From Chloroflexota bacterium (GTDB lineage: Bacteria; Chloroflexota; UBA11872; VXOZ01), in NCBI GenBank assembly GCA_965220015.1, contig OZ244798.1, forward strand, positions 3,108,407 to 3,172,406: DNA of 64,000 nt. Reading direction: 5' to 3'. Below, piece after piece: positions 1 through 10,808 of this stretch; the first letter of the stretch is position 1; each line of letters starts with the position of its first letter. A model generated the notes under the pieces. It did not search any database, had not been told where the DNA came from, and saw nothing but the letters and a program-made list of their open reading frames with translations. Made by a program: the position numbers and the translations under genes.

Positions 1-1044
1 CGGATGTATGCCGTTGTCGATCTCCTCGATGAAGTAAAGGCCCTCGAAGTCCTCATTCAGCAATGCGGCCAACATTCCAAGAAAGCGCAATGTGCCATCA
101 GACGCACTATAGGCTGACACACTTTTCCCGTTCGCCTCCTGGATCTGGAGATGGATCCGACCGCTGGGGTCGCGTGGAAACGTCAAGTCACTCACGTCCA
201 TGGGGGTAAGTTCATGCAACCATGACAGAAGAACAACCTTGCGCTTATGATCAGTGCAGATTGCCTCAAGCACTGTCGGCAAATTGTCGCCAAAGTCACC
301 CAAACTGGTTGCACCTGAAAGGGAAGGCATTCGCATTCGTTCCGGTGACAGTTCCAAGAAACGCATGATCGCCAGCTTCAGCCCGAATTTCAGACTCCTA
401 AAGTCGGCCTGCAACCTTTCCACGTAGTCTTCAGGCTGTTCGTCACCAAAGTCATTCGTTCGCCTATCGCCGACCAATGCAATAGTGGGGCTAATATTCT
501 GATTAAGGCCAGGTTTTTCCGACGAAACTTCCACCGGATCGTCCACCCCCGGCAGGTATAGACGTAGCCTGGAATCCTCTTGCGGTGGGGGCGCGCCGGT
601 ATGAAAAGGCAACGCGGTTGTATACACTATTTCCGAATCTGGCGAATCATGGTTCTTGGAATCGATAACCATTGATTCGGATGTGACTCTAAACCGGCCC
701 CCATTTTGATCATCACGCCGGATTCGCAAGAGATAGCGGGTAACTTCAGCGTCACACTTGGACGATTCATTCGACTTCACCTTGACTTCCAGAGCAAATT
801 CAACCTGTCCAAAGCGGATGATCTCATTGGCTGCGCCGCGTATGGGCTGCCAATCCGCGCCGTACTTTCCGCCAACAATTTCCGCCAAGGTATAGCCATA
901 ACCGACGCCGTTCAAGAATCGAAAAGCATCCCGAATGTTGCTCTTGCCGCTGGCATTTGCGCCCACGATCAACGTAAACGGACCGAGGTGCAGTGTTTCA
1001 TCGGCGAAGTTCTTGAAGTCGACGAGGCGGAGGGAGGTAATCAT
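1..1044 (-). CDS. AAA_21/AAA_15-type ATPase (3' end runs off the window)
   Basis: Hand translation from ATG at 1044: MITSLRLVDFKNF...IVGANASGKSN (Walker A); near the left edge SDGTLRFL...FIEEIDNGIHP (signature/Walker B/D-loop). Absent from the ORF track because it is truncated. Confidence 0.88.
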   Translation of the reverse strand, partial: MITSLRLVDFKNFADETLHLGPFTLIVGANASGKSNIRDAFRFLNGVGYGYTLAEIVGGKYGADWQPIRGAANEIIRFGQVEFALEVKVKSNESSKCDAEVTRYLLRIRRDDQNGGRFRVTSESMVIDSKNHDSPDSEIVYTTALPFHTGAPPPQEDSRLRLYLPGVDDPVEVSSEKPGLNQNISPTIALVGDRRTNDFGDEQPEDYVERLQADFRSLKFGLKLAIMRFLELSPERMRMPSLSGATSLGDFGDNLPTVLEAICTDHKRKVVLLSWLHELTPMDVSDLTFPRDPSGRIHLQIQEANGKSVSAYSASDGTLRFLGMLAALLNEDFEGLYFIEEIDNGIHP

Positions 1045-1468
1045 GATGATTCTCTACTGGCAGGGACGTTATCCCGCTTACACGTCAAGAGCCGCCGAGT
1101 TGCTAGTAGCTCTTAGCCAACGCAATTACCTTTATGCCGTCATGCAACTCAGCGGGCTAGTCAGAAGCGAATCGTCCGTCATTCTCACTACTTCAATGGT
1201 ACCAGAGCAAGCGCGACATGCGGGAATACCATGCCTAGAAGGGATTCCACACCTGGCACAAACAAGCAGATGTAGGCTACCCAATTACCCAGTTTCCCCG
1301 ATTAGGCGCGTACTTACTTCCACTAAGAAATACCGTATACTGCGCTGTAAGCGGGACCCTTGAAGTAGAGCGCCTCATTGCGCTTTCAAGAGCACAAGTA
1401 TCCTTTAGTCGATGACCGACTCACCAATTTGCAGTTCGCCTGATCATCTTTCAAAAGGAGCAGCGCCC

Positions 1469-2638
1469 ATGGCAATCCTGTCGTTTTCTATGCCCACTGA
1501 GATTCACCTTGGGGACGGCGCGTTAGACATACTGCCGTCGCTCTGCGGCAAGCGGGTGCTGGTGGTGGCGGACCCGGTGATGACGGAATTGGGGTTCACC
1601 GAGCGGGTGTGCGGCTTGGCGCGCCAAGCGGGAGCGGCGACGGCCATTTTCGACGCCGTCGAACCAGACCCGTCGCAGGAGACCTGCGCCGCGGGCGTAG
1701 AACTGGCCGAGGACTTTGCGCCGGATACGATTGTCGGACTGGGAGGAGGTTCTACGCTGGACGTCACCAAGACCATCCGCGCCGCGTGCGAGACGCCCAA
1801 TGTCACAGTGGCGGACCTCGTGGCCGCGGGATTCAGTCCCCCGCCGCGCCAGACCGGCCAAATCACGTGTGTCGCCATTCCTTCGACCAGCGGCACGGGT
1901 TCTGAGGTCTCGCGCGGCGCGGTGATTACGGACAGCAGCGCAGGTCCACCCGTCAAGCGCGTCCTCTTCACCGGCGCTCCCGACTCCGCCATCATCGACT
2001 CCGCGCTGCCCGCGACCATGCCGCCTCACGTGGCGGCAGATACCGGCTACGACGCCTTGGCGCACGCAGTGGAATCTTTCGCGAGCGCAGAATCCCATCG
2101 CCTAACACAAGCGCTGGCAAGCGATGCCATTGCCACCGTCTTGGCGGAGTTGCCCGCTTCCGTGCAAGAAACGGGGAACACGCCGGCCCGCTTCAAAATG
2201 CACGTGGCGGCGACCATGGCCGGGGCGACGATGCGGGCCGGCCTTGGTCTGTGCCACGCGCTGTCGCACCAGATCACGCCGGCTTTCGGCATCTCCCACG
2301 GGCGCGCGAATGCCCTCCTCTTGCCTCATATTGTCGCCTATAACGCCAGCGTTGCCAGAGACCGCTACAGCGAACTGGCGGCGCGCCTCGGCATAAATGG
2401 CGGCAATCCCGTAGCCGCGCTCGTCGACGCCCTTGCTGCTTTACGCACTCGGGCCGGCTTGCCCGCTTCCTTGCAGGAGGTGGGGGTAACTAAAGAGCAA
2501 CTAGGCAAAGCCCTCCCGCAGATGGTTGCCAACGGCTCCCGGGACCCCAACGTCGCCAGCAACCCCCGTCAGCCGACGCCGGCGGAGATTGAAGCGCTCT
2601 ATTGGAATGCGTGGGAAGGCAGACCCGAGGAAGTCTAG
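1469..2638 (+). CDS. Iron-containing alcohol dehydrogenase
   Basis: GGGSTLD, PSTSGTGSE, DALAHAVES, HALSH, HGRANA motifs; AAGGAG RBS before ATG 1469. Confidence 0.93.
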   Translation: MAILSFSMPTEIHLGDGALDILPSLCGKRVLVVADPVMTELGFTERVCGLARQAGAATAIFDAVEPDPSQETCAAGVELAEDFAPDTIVGLGGGSTLDVTKTIRAACETPNVTVADLVAAGFSPPPRQTGQITCVAIPSTSGTGSEVSRGAVITDSSAGPPVKRVLFTGAPDSAIIDSALPATMPPHVAADTGYDALAHAVESFASAESHRLTQALASDAIATVLAELPASVQETGNTPARFKMHVAATMAGATMRAGLGLCHALSHQITPAFGISHGRANALLLPHIVAYNASVARDRYSELAARLGINGGNPVAALVDALAALRTRAGLPASLQEVGVTKEQLGKALPQMVANGSRDPNVASNPRQPTPAEIEALYWNAWEGRPEEV

Positions 2639-2695
2639 GCTAGGTTGGCTGCCAAGACCCAAGCTACAGCTACCATATGAAACGGCGGCAGCCCG

Positions 2696-3231
2696 GCCCG
2701 TCATTCCCGCAGAAGCGGGAATCCATCTGCCCTGCACCACGCGCACATCGTGCCAAGCGGAGAACAGGCTCCCGAACTGCACGCTAATTGTCATTCTGAA
2801 GGAGCCAAGAGGTGGAGGGAATGGCGTATGGCTCTTGTTGTGAGGAGTCAAGTGTTGCGGGCTCAACCAAGGCCCCGATTGAAGTACACAGGCGTGACAG
2901 ATTGCCGGCCGCGCCAGCGAATTGATCGAGGATTGCCCTCACCCCAGCCCTCTCCCACCAGAGACCTTTGCATAACCCTTGCCGAGGCGAGAAAGTCCCC
3001 TCTCCCGGCGGGAGAGGGTTAGAGCCTGCCCCGTACGTGATACGGGGGTGAGGGGGAATCCCCGCAATCTGGGCCGTTTTCAACGATTTTGTACACATTC
3101 GTATAGGTCTTAGAGGTAGATAAGGACAGTACAAGCAGTAATCCCCTCACCCCGGCCCTCTCCCGCCGGGAGAGGGAGTATTTCTTGCGCCGCTGGCTGA
3201 GGTTACGCAAAGGTCTCCACCAGGAGAGGGA
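2696..3231. repeat. Cluster of REP-like palindromic repeats
   Basis: GTCATTCCCGCAGAAGCGGGAATCCA (~2700; also ~45626 and inverted ~50721) and CCCTCACCCC.GCCCTCTCCC...GGGAGAGGG (~2936, ~3143; related inverted copies ~31357, ~46787). Confidence 0.75.
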
Positions 3232-3325
3232 ACTTCACACTTCACGCTAAGCTTGGTTAGGCGCTAATTGGCGGGAAACGTAGGGTTTTCACAGCGTGGA
3301 CTTGCAAGCGCATCCCACGTCCGAC

Positions 3326-4780
3326 CTAGCTGCTGGCAAGCCGCGCGTACTGCTCGCGGCCGGCGTTGAAGATTTCCAGCATGCGTTGCCGTTGGTCGTC
3401 GTGGTCGAAGCGGCCTTTCGTCGTAATCCACGCGAGAGCGCGCTCCATCTCTTCCACAAAGAACGCGGCAGACGGCCTGGTCGCCGGATTCGTGCCGCCT
3501 GACTGTACGTAGACCGGACTGGTGTGCGCCCATTGGGCGTGGCCGTAGCTATCACGCTGGCGTCCCCAGCAGCGCGCGGCAATCCAACTATCGTTGGGTA
3601 CCGTAAGTCTGGCACGCAGCACTCCCTCGCGCAGGCCCTCGCTATACTCCTCGCGCGCCACCACCTCCCCGTTACACACAAGCTCGATGCGCTGCACAGG
3701 ACGCAACGCTTGCCAGCGCACGAAAGTATTCACATGCTTGCGTCGGCTCGCGCGCAGATCCACCACCTGTCCCGGCGGTTGACCGGCAACACGCAGCGTG
3801 AGCGCGGGGCCGTTGGTGATGAACGTCGCGCCGCTCTTGAGGCCGTCCAACCACGTATCGTACGAGAAAGAGTCCTCAAGCTGTACGTAAACGCGATTCG
3901 CCGAACAGACGAACCAGTCCGAACCCGTGCTCACCGGCAAATGAAAGCCGCAATTGAGCAGATGGTACCAAAGGTCGTATTCGGGGTCCGACCAGTAGGG
4001 ATCGAAGAGATTCAAGGCGTCCAGACGCCCCAGCCCGGCGGCGATAGGCGCCTCCATCCCCTGGCCGTTGTGGCACCAAATCGTCACGCCGCCCTGTTGC
4101 TGCGCCGCGGCGCAGGCATCGATCAGCGGTGGATAGTCCGGTGCCGATTCGTCCACCAGCACGCCGCGGCTGAGCGGCTCGACCTGCTCCTGCAACCGCA
4201 CCAGCATCACGTGGCCGTAGCCGATATCCCAAGGTGAGGCATTGTGACGCGACTCTTCACCCACGTCCACAACGTGGCTCGGCGTGGTGGGGTGCTCCAT
4301 CTCTCCCACCGGAAAGCGATTGGTTGCGTATTCCAGTTCTCCACGCTGCAGTACACTGACGATGGTGACGGTGAGGTCCTCCACCGAGGAATCGAAGCGC
4401 AAACGCTCCTCGGGGCGGCTCTCGAATTCGCGGTAGTGAATGTGGGTGTTACCGGGATAAAGCCCCTGGTTAGGCAGACTAATCCAACGCTGGAGCGGCA
4501 GTTCGAGGTTGACAGAGCCGTGCAGCGGCAGATCTACGGTCATGTGCAGCGGCGCGTACTCCGTGCCCCGCTCCACCCGCACGTCCACCTGCCCCCGCGA
4601 GGCCTCCAGTGTGAACGTTTCAGCCGCATAGAAGAACGGATTAGTGGTGCCTACGGTCTCCAGGCTGCCCTCAGGCGCCAGGAATCTACCCTGACTGCTC
4701 TGCACCGAGACCTTAGCCGCCAGTGGGCTGCCGGTAACCGCATCGCGAATTGTTCCGGTTAAGGTTGCCAAAGCTACCAC
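3326..4780 (-). CDS. CehA/McbA-family (PHP-like) metallohydrolase
   Basis: GNTHIH, GH, WCH and STGSD metal-site motifs; G-TF-TNGP and AHTSPVYV C-terminal motifs. Confidence 0.82.
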   Translation of the reverse strand: MVALATLTGTIRDAVTGSPLAAKVSVQSSQGRFLAPEGSLETVGTTNPFFYAAETFTLEASRGQVDVRVERGTEYAPLHMTVDLPLHGSVNLELPLQRWISLPNQGLYPGNTHIHYREFESRPEERLRFDSSVEDLTVTIVSVLQRGELEYATNRFPVGEMEHPTTPSHVVDVGEESRHNASPWDIGYGHVMLVRLQEQVEPLSRGVLVDESAPDYPPLIDACAAAQQQGGVTIWCHNGQGMEAPIAAGLGRLDALNLFDPYWSDPEYDLWYHLLNCGFHLPVSTGSDWFVCSANRVYVQLEDSFSYDTWLDGLKSGATFITNGPALTLRVAGQPPGQVVDLRASRRKHVNTFVRWQALRPVQRIELVCNGEVVAREEYSEGLREGVLRARLTVPNDSWIAARCWGRQRDSYGHAQWAHTSPVYVQSGGTNPATRPSAAFFVEEMERALAWITTKGRFDHDDQRQRMLEIFNAGREQYARLASS

Positions 4781-5099
4781 ATCTCCTCAATGGGTGATTC
4801 GCTAAATCTACCAAGACACGCGCACTTTGCCTTCAATCGCAGCCTGGAGCCCCCGCACTGGCACAAGTCCACCGAACACGCATTGAATGCCCCAAGCCGA
4901 GCGGCAAGCACGAGAGTCAATCTCATAGATCGGGTTCATGTGCCGAATTGTGCTTCGACAAGGGCTTCGCGCAGCACACAGCACGAACGGATTTCTCATC
5001 TATTCGGTTCGCCCTGAGACGGATATCTCAACTTTTGTGTTCGCCCTGAGTCTGCGGAAGGACAGCTTTGCATAGAGCAATGTAATTGTGAGACAAGGT

Positions 5100-6287
5100 C
5101 TACTCTTCATCAAACGGAAACTTCCGTCTTGCAGACTCCAAATCTATGTCCACGCCCAGGCCCGGGCCGGACGGCACTGTCACGTAGCCTTCGCCATCGA
5201 TTGCGGGCGCCGGCGTGATCAGGTCGTCAAAGAGCGGATTGGCGCCCTGGCGAAACTCGATTACCGGACAGTTAGGCAACGCCGCTGCGAGCTGCAGGCT
5301 CGCGTAGAAGAGGATCGCCGAACCCCAGATGTGTGGGGCTACCTGCAAGTTCGCGGCGTGAGCCAGCACGCCAATGCGGCGCGCCGCCGTAAACCCGCCC
5401 ACCACCGCCAGATCGGGCTGCAGAATGTCCGCCGCCTCATGGGCAATTATGTCGCGGAAGTCAAAGTGCGTGAAGTCGTTTTCACCGGTCGATATGGGAA
5501 TTGCAGTCGAGTCTCGCACCCGTCGCATGCCGTTCCAGTTGTCGCTGCTCACCGGCTCCTCGAACCACGCAATGTCGTACTCCTCGGCTGCCTGAGCCAA
5601 GCGAATTGCTTGGGACTCATTGAGCGAACCGTGGGCGTCGAGCATCAGGTCGGCATTGGGCCCGATAGCGTCCCGGACCGCCTGAATGCGGGCAATGCCG
5701 TCTCTTACGATCCGCGGCGCATCCATCGCGCCCACGCGCATCTTGACTGCGCGGAAGCCGCGTGCGATGTAGGCCAGCGCCTCTTCGCCGGCCCCGTCCG
5801 CGGCCGCATGGCCGCCGCTTGCGTACGTCGGCAAGCGCGACCGGTAACCGCCGCCCAGGAGCTTGTAAATGGGCACACCGAGCGACCGGGCGAATATATC
5901 CCACAGCGCCATGTCTATGCCGCCCATGGCGCAGACGGTCACGCCGCGGCGGCCCATGCGCGGCGCGCTCTGGCCGTACGTAAGCGCAATTCCCAGGCGC
6001 GGACCGTTATAAAGCTTCTCCCAGATGTACTCAGGCTGAGTGGGGTCCTCGCCGACGATCTCCGGTCCGAGTTCCTGCTCGACGCTAGCCTTCAGAGACC
6101 GGCAAGCGCCGCGGGTATACCCGTAGCCGGGATGCACCTCGCCGTGACCGACCAGCCCATCGTCGGTTTCCACCCTCACGATGATGGCATGGCTTTCGTC
6201 GTGTCGCCCATAGTCTGACGGGCGCTCGCGGCCACTCTTCTTCACCGGCCACCTTAGCGGTACGGCCTCTATCGTGCGGATTTTCAT
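5100..6287 (-). CDS. Mandelate racemase/muconate lactonizing enzyme family enolase
   Basis: GIDMALWDI, KMRVG, LMLDAH, WFEEP, GEND, QPD and APH motifs. Confidence 0.93.
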   Translation of the reverse strand: MKIRTIEAVPLRWPVKKSGRERPSDYGRHDESHAIIVRVETDDGLVGHGEVHPGYGYTRGACRSLKASVEQELGPEIVGEDPTQPEYIWEKLYNGPRLGIALTYGQSAPRMGRRGVTVCAMGGIDMALWDIFARSLGVPIYKLLGGGYRSRLPTYASGGHAAADGAGEEALAYIARGFRAVKMRVGAMDAPRIVRDGIARIQAVRDAIGPNADLMLDAHGSLNESQAIRLAQAAEEYDIAWFEEPVSSDNWNGMRRVRDSTAIPISTGENDFTHFDFRDIIAHEAADILQPDLAVVGGFTAARRIGVLAHAANLQVAPHIWGSAILFYASLQLAAALPNCPVIEFRQGANPLFDDLITPAPAIDGEGYVTVPSGPGLGVDIDLESARRKFPFDEE

Positions 6288-6719
6288 TGTCTCAACCTTC
6301 TACGCCTGCCATGCCCACACTCATTCCTCACGTGCCGAGCCAATTACCTTGCTTCGTTCGCTGTGTCAGTCTTTTGCTGCCAAGGAGTGCGGTGAGGGCC
6401 GGAATTTGCCCCTGCTTGCGCACACTCGCCCACCCATTGTAGCATTGCATTCCAGGCCGGTCTGCTCAATACATCAACCGTGCCCACACGAGCTTGACGA
6501 CCAGCAGACCGCGCACGCGAAAAACCCGTATAATGAGAACACAATTGTGTCCTGGTTCCAGCAGGAGGTGCGCAAGCCAAGTTTGGCGGCGCCCCAGGTG
6601 TCCGGAACCAAAGAGTAGTGTCTATAGCCGAGTCTATGGTCGCCTCCGGGGAGAAAGAAGAGTCCCGCGGCGCATCTGGGTAGTGTGGGCGCGCGTGTCG
6701 GATTGAGGAAGGTCTTCTA

Positions 6720-7562
6720 ATGAGTTCAACAGATGGAACTGATCACTCCTTCGAGCCATTTGCTCGGCATGAATTCTACCGCGAAACCAACACGCATCTT
6801 GTCGAATCTGCTTTGAGCTTCCTGGAGCGACTCGATCCGAACGTGCAACGGCGCATAGTCGATCTGGGTTGCGGTACCGGGGCGATTACGCGCCTTGTCC
6901 TCGCGAAAGTGCATAGCCTGGGGTTGAAAGCGCAGATTCTCGCCCTGGACCCTTCGCCACCGGCGTTGGAAAAGGCACGGCAAAGCGTGGCGAGCACGAT
7001 GGTCAAGTTTCTCAGCGGCAGTGCGGAAAACGTCTCGCAGCTCGTCTCATCTGCCGATGCGCTCTTCTTCTGCAATGCCATCCACCTCATCGAGGACAAA
7101 CATACCGTCTTCAAGGAGATAGGCAAAGCGCTCAATCCCGGCGGCGTCGTGGCCTTCAACACAACGTTCTTCGATGGCGCGTATCTCCCAATCACTGAGA
7201 AGACAAACCGCCTCTGGATCGTCCGCGCGGTGCAAAAGATGCGGCGTGAGTACCCCAACGTCAAAATCGTAAAGGATGCCAAGACTACCGCCATGCGCTG
7301 GCTCTCACCGGACCAATATGAAGCGCTGCTCGATGAGAGTGGCTTTTCCGTTACCCACCTCGAGTGCCAGCAAGTCGAAATGACCCAGGAGAGCATTGAA
7401 GACATCAGCGATTACTCTCTCTTCATTGAAGGTGTCCTGCCCGGCGTGCCGCTGGACGTGGGGGCCGAGGTGCTGAAGCACGGAATTCGGGAAGCAATTA
7501 AAGAGCTGGAACTTTCCACGGTTCCCCGTTACTGGCTACAGGTTGTCGCCGAGAAGACGTAG
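6720..7562 (+). CDS. Class I SAM-dependent methyltransferase
   Basis: IVDLGCGTG motif I; NAIHL; LNPGG. Confidence 0.88.
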   Translation: MSSTDGTDHSFEPFARHEFYRETNTHLVESALSFLERLDPNVQRRIVDLGCGTGAITRLVLAKVHSLGLKAQILALDPSPPALEKARQSVASTMVKFLSGSAENVSQLVSSADALFFCNAIHLIEDKHTVFKEIGKALNPGGVVAFNTTFFDGAYLPITEKTNRLWIVRAVQKMRREYPNVKIVKDAKTTAMRWLSPDQYEALLDESGFSVTHLECQQVEMTQESIEDISDYSLFIEGVLPGVPLDVGAEVLKHGIREAIKELELSTVPRYWLQVVAEKT

Positions 7563-7694
7563 TCTGGCGCGAGCGGCGTTGACCGGTCTCGCCGCACAGA
7601 ACAGCCAACACCCGTACACGTGCCGGACTACACCCAATAGCGAGGCCCGTGCCCACACTTGAAAAGAGCTGGGCGCCTACACCGCACGGAGTCC

Positions 7695-8453
7695 ATGGAA
7701 CAACACCTCACCGGCAAGACAGCACTCGTCACCGGCGCCTCGCGGGGAATTGGCCGCACCATTGCGCTGCACCTTGCCGCTGAGGGTGCAAGGGTAGCAA
7801 TCAACTACCAAGTCAACGAAGAGGCCGCACTCGAAGCCGTGGAGCAGATTCAGAGTGAGGGCGGCGAGGCGCTGGCAGTCAGCGGCGACGTGCGGGACGC
7901 CGCGGCGGTCAAGTCCGTCGTCGACCGCACCTTGGCAGAATTCGGCGAACTGCACGTCCTCGTCAACAACGCCGGCATTACCAAAGATACGCTGGTGCTC
8001 AAAATGAGCGAGGACGACTGGGACCTCGTCGTTGACACCAATCTGCGCGGCGCCTTTCTCTGCACGCGGGCCGCGTTGCGACCCATGCTGGCACAGCGCT
8101 GGGGCCGCATCGTCAATATTACGTCAGTCGGATGGTTGGTCGGGAATCCCGGCCAAGCCAACTATACCGCCGCCAAAGCCGGTGTCGTCGCGTTCACCCG
8201 CTCTACCGCCGTGGAGATGGGCAGCAGAGGCATCACAGTCAACGCCATAGCGCCGGGCTACATCCCCACCGACCTGACCCACGACATTCCGCCGCATCTC
8301 ATGGACCGCCTGATGCAGAAGTTGCCCATCAAGCGCGCGGGCACGCCGGAGGAGATCGCGGCGCTCGTCTCGTACCTCACGAGCGACGCCGCCGCCTATG
8401 TCACCGGTCAAGTCATCCACATCGACGGCGGACTTACCGCGGGCTTGCTCTAA
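7695..8453 (+). CDS. fabG: 3-oxoacyl-ACP reductase (SDR)
   Basis: TGASRGIG, NNAGITKD, GQANYTAAKAG, VNAIAPG, GQVIHIDGG. Confidence 0.85.
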   Translation: MEQHLTGKTALVTGASRGIGRTIALHLAAEGARVAINYQVNEEAALEAVEQIQSEGGEALAVSGDVRDAAAVKSVVDRTLAEFGELHVLVNNAGITKDTLVLKMSEDDWDLVVDTNLRGAFLCTRAALRPMLAQRWGRIVNITSVGWLVGNPGQANYTAAKAGVVAFTRSTAVEMGSRGITVNAIAPGYIPTDLTHDIPPHLMDRLMQKLPIKRAGTPEEIAALVSYLTSDAAAYVTGQVIHIDGGLTAGLL

Positions 8454-9189
8454 GTGTTGGTCACGCAGCTTACGGTCGAAATCGTCAAAAATAGGCCCGC
8501 CGCCGCACAGTGTTTGACTACTCTGCTCATTGACGGGAAACACACCCGTGGGCTTGCTTTCACTTTCGCCGTGTGTTATAGTGTACGAGTTGACGATACC
8601 AGCCCCATTTCTGCAAGTCCTAGTCCGCCCTTTTCATTTTTCTCCTCTGAATTGAGACTGCTTCAGTTTCTTTTTCTAATGAATCCCCTCTAAGGGTAGA
8701 CGGGCCATCCTTCTCTTGGGCATCAGTCCCTAGGTGGTATCCGATCACTCGTTCGATTCCCCGTGTCCCTATCTGACTTATTCTGCCATTGCCTTAAGCC
8801 GCACCGGCGGTAACACCAGCTTCACGTCTGCGCCAATGCGCGCTCTTGCTCTGAACCCAAACCCCCTCTTTGAAAGATCATGACCCTCACTCACTTCCTC
8901 TCTTGTTTGTATGCGTCCCGCGAACTCAGCTTGTCCCGGATTGTCCGCCTGCAACCGTATGCTGCTTTCCTTGGAATGCAGATTAGCTTCTCAGCAAGAT
9001 CGCAGCTTCGTTTCTCGTCCCCTAAATGTCACTTAGATCACGTGACGTCAGTCGGAGCCGCCTGCTGACGTCACGCCAACCAACTTATGGCTTAGGCCCA
9101 AACACCTTTCTATCTCGCATTCGTTCGCTTACCACTTAGGAAAAACTGATTGTGAAGAAGGACTCATCTATGCGCAAAGGGGACGGACG

Positions 9190-10704
9190 ATGAATACCAC
9201 TAGGCGATGGCTCGCAGGCATCAGGCGCTGCCTGGCGCTTGCCGGATTGCTGACGCTTGCTTACTTGGTTATCTTCTGCTGCCGGCTCGCCAGAATAAAG
9301 CTGCCGAACGTACCGGCGCAAAGACTGGCGCCTACACTGTTGGCGCTGATGTGGGACTGGCTCGCAGGCATCAAGTGGCGCATCATCCCGGCAGGAGCGT
9401 TGCTGCTCGCGGTAATGGCAGCCAGCGTGGGCAGCACCCAGGGCGATAGTCACATTAGCCTATCAGGGTCGCCGGGGAACATGGAGATCTCCCCAGGGGA
9501 GACGAAGACATATAGCGTGGAGCTCAGTGGAAACCCCGTGGATAACGATAGCGTGGAGTGCGGCGACTTTCTCTCTGTACATATTGCCGACGGGTATTTC
9601 TTAAGCCACCTTGATATCGATCGACATAGCTTCGGCTATGACACCGATCCCAACGATGACGAAAACTGTGACGACCATGGGTGGAGCCGCGGGAATAGCA
9701 CCAGCGTGACAGTGACCGGTGACGCTCCAGGCAACGCAAGAATCAACATAGCTTACGTGGTGAGGAATCAGTCTAAGAAATTTCGGCCTAGAGTGTATTC
9801 GTCGCGGACCTTGGTGAGCATACGGGTCACTGGCGTGGTCCCTCAGACGCCAACGCCTATCCCCACGCCGCGGCCACCAGTTTCTCCGCAGCAATCCGAT
9901 CCTCCTCCTCAGCAGCCCGAAAACTCCAATACGCCCCAGAACACCGGCGGTAATGTCCCCGGTACCGCGCCTAGCCCCGGCGGCAGTTCCGGCGGCAGTG
10001 GCGGTTCAAGCGGCGGCTCCGGCTCCCGTTCCGCTCTCGCCTGTGCTCCCCGTCCACCCGCAGACTCCGCCATCCGTAACCTCGTCGGCAGCACTGCCGC
10101 TGCCACTGCTTGGGAAGTTGCCAACGACCGCCTCTGGCTCGAACGCAAGGACCTCCCCAACACCACCATCGAACTCGGCATCGGCTGGTTCGCTCATGAC
10201 GCTTCCAGCCAAGTCATCATCGGCCTTGTCGGCAGTAACGCGAACGGCGCTGTCGGCATCATTCGTGATCAGATCCTCGGTCAGACCTATACCATCGTCC
10301 GCCATGAGGGCGACGACTGTGTCGTCCGCCGTTGGGTCGCGCCCTACGACCACTTGGTATATCAAATCCCGTGGGACACCATCAACTCGCTCTACAGTCT
10401 GCCGGTACAAGTCGTGTCGGCCATCCCGCTGGACCACCGCCACCCGGAGCCCAACATGCTCGTCCGCCGCTTCGACGGCAGCGACGTCCGCATCTTTGCC
10501 TTCGATGCCAGCCTCCAGCAGTGGCGCCACATTCCAGACTATCCCACGTTCCAGGCTATGGGCTTCTACTGGTGCGATGTCACGTCCGCGGACGCAACCT
10601 TCTTCGAGCGTATGAATGAAGGCACGCCGTACCCGTCGAGCGGTACCGAATTACAGGAAGACTATCCCAATTGCCACAACAAGAAGCCGCAGGCTGACCC
10701 GTAA
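9190..10704 (+). CDS. Hypothetical surface/secreted protein, paralog 1 of tandem family
   Basis: Hydrophobic N-terminus, Asp-rich Cys-containing domain, Pro- and Gly/Ser-rich linker, C-terminal domain shared with the next three genes. Confidence 0.8.
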   Translation: MNTTRRWLAGIRRCLALAGLLTLAYLVIFCCRLARIKLPNVPAQRLAPTLLALMWDWLAGIKWRIIPAGALLLAVMAASVGSTQGDSHISLSGSPGNMEISPGETKTYSVELSGNPVDNDSVECGDFLSVHIADGYFLSHLDIDRHSFGYDTDPNDDENCDDHGWSRGNSTSVTVTGDAPGNARINIAYVVRNQSKKFRPRVYSSRTLVSIRVTGVVPQTPTPIPTPRPPVSPQQSDPPPQQPENSNTPQNTGGNVPGTAPSPGGSSGGSGGSSGGSGSRSALACAPRPPADSAIRNLVGSTAAATAWEVANDRLWLERKDLPNTTIELGIGWFAHDASSQVIIGLVGSNANGAVGIIRDQILGQTYTIVRHEGDDCVVRRWVAPYDHLVYQIPWDTINSLYSLPVQVVSAIPLDHRHPEPNMLVRRFDGSDVRIFAFDASLQQWRHIPDYPTFQAMGFYWCDVTSADATFFERMNEGTPYPSSGTELQEDYPNCHNKKPQADP

Positions 10705-10808
10705 CCAAGACCGCCTCGACGCCCGGGCGGCAACGCGGGGAATCCACGAGGATACAAGCGGGTTGATTGGTGGCAAACGCAAACCCAAATGGAGGAACAG
10801 GAAACACC

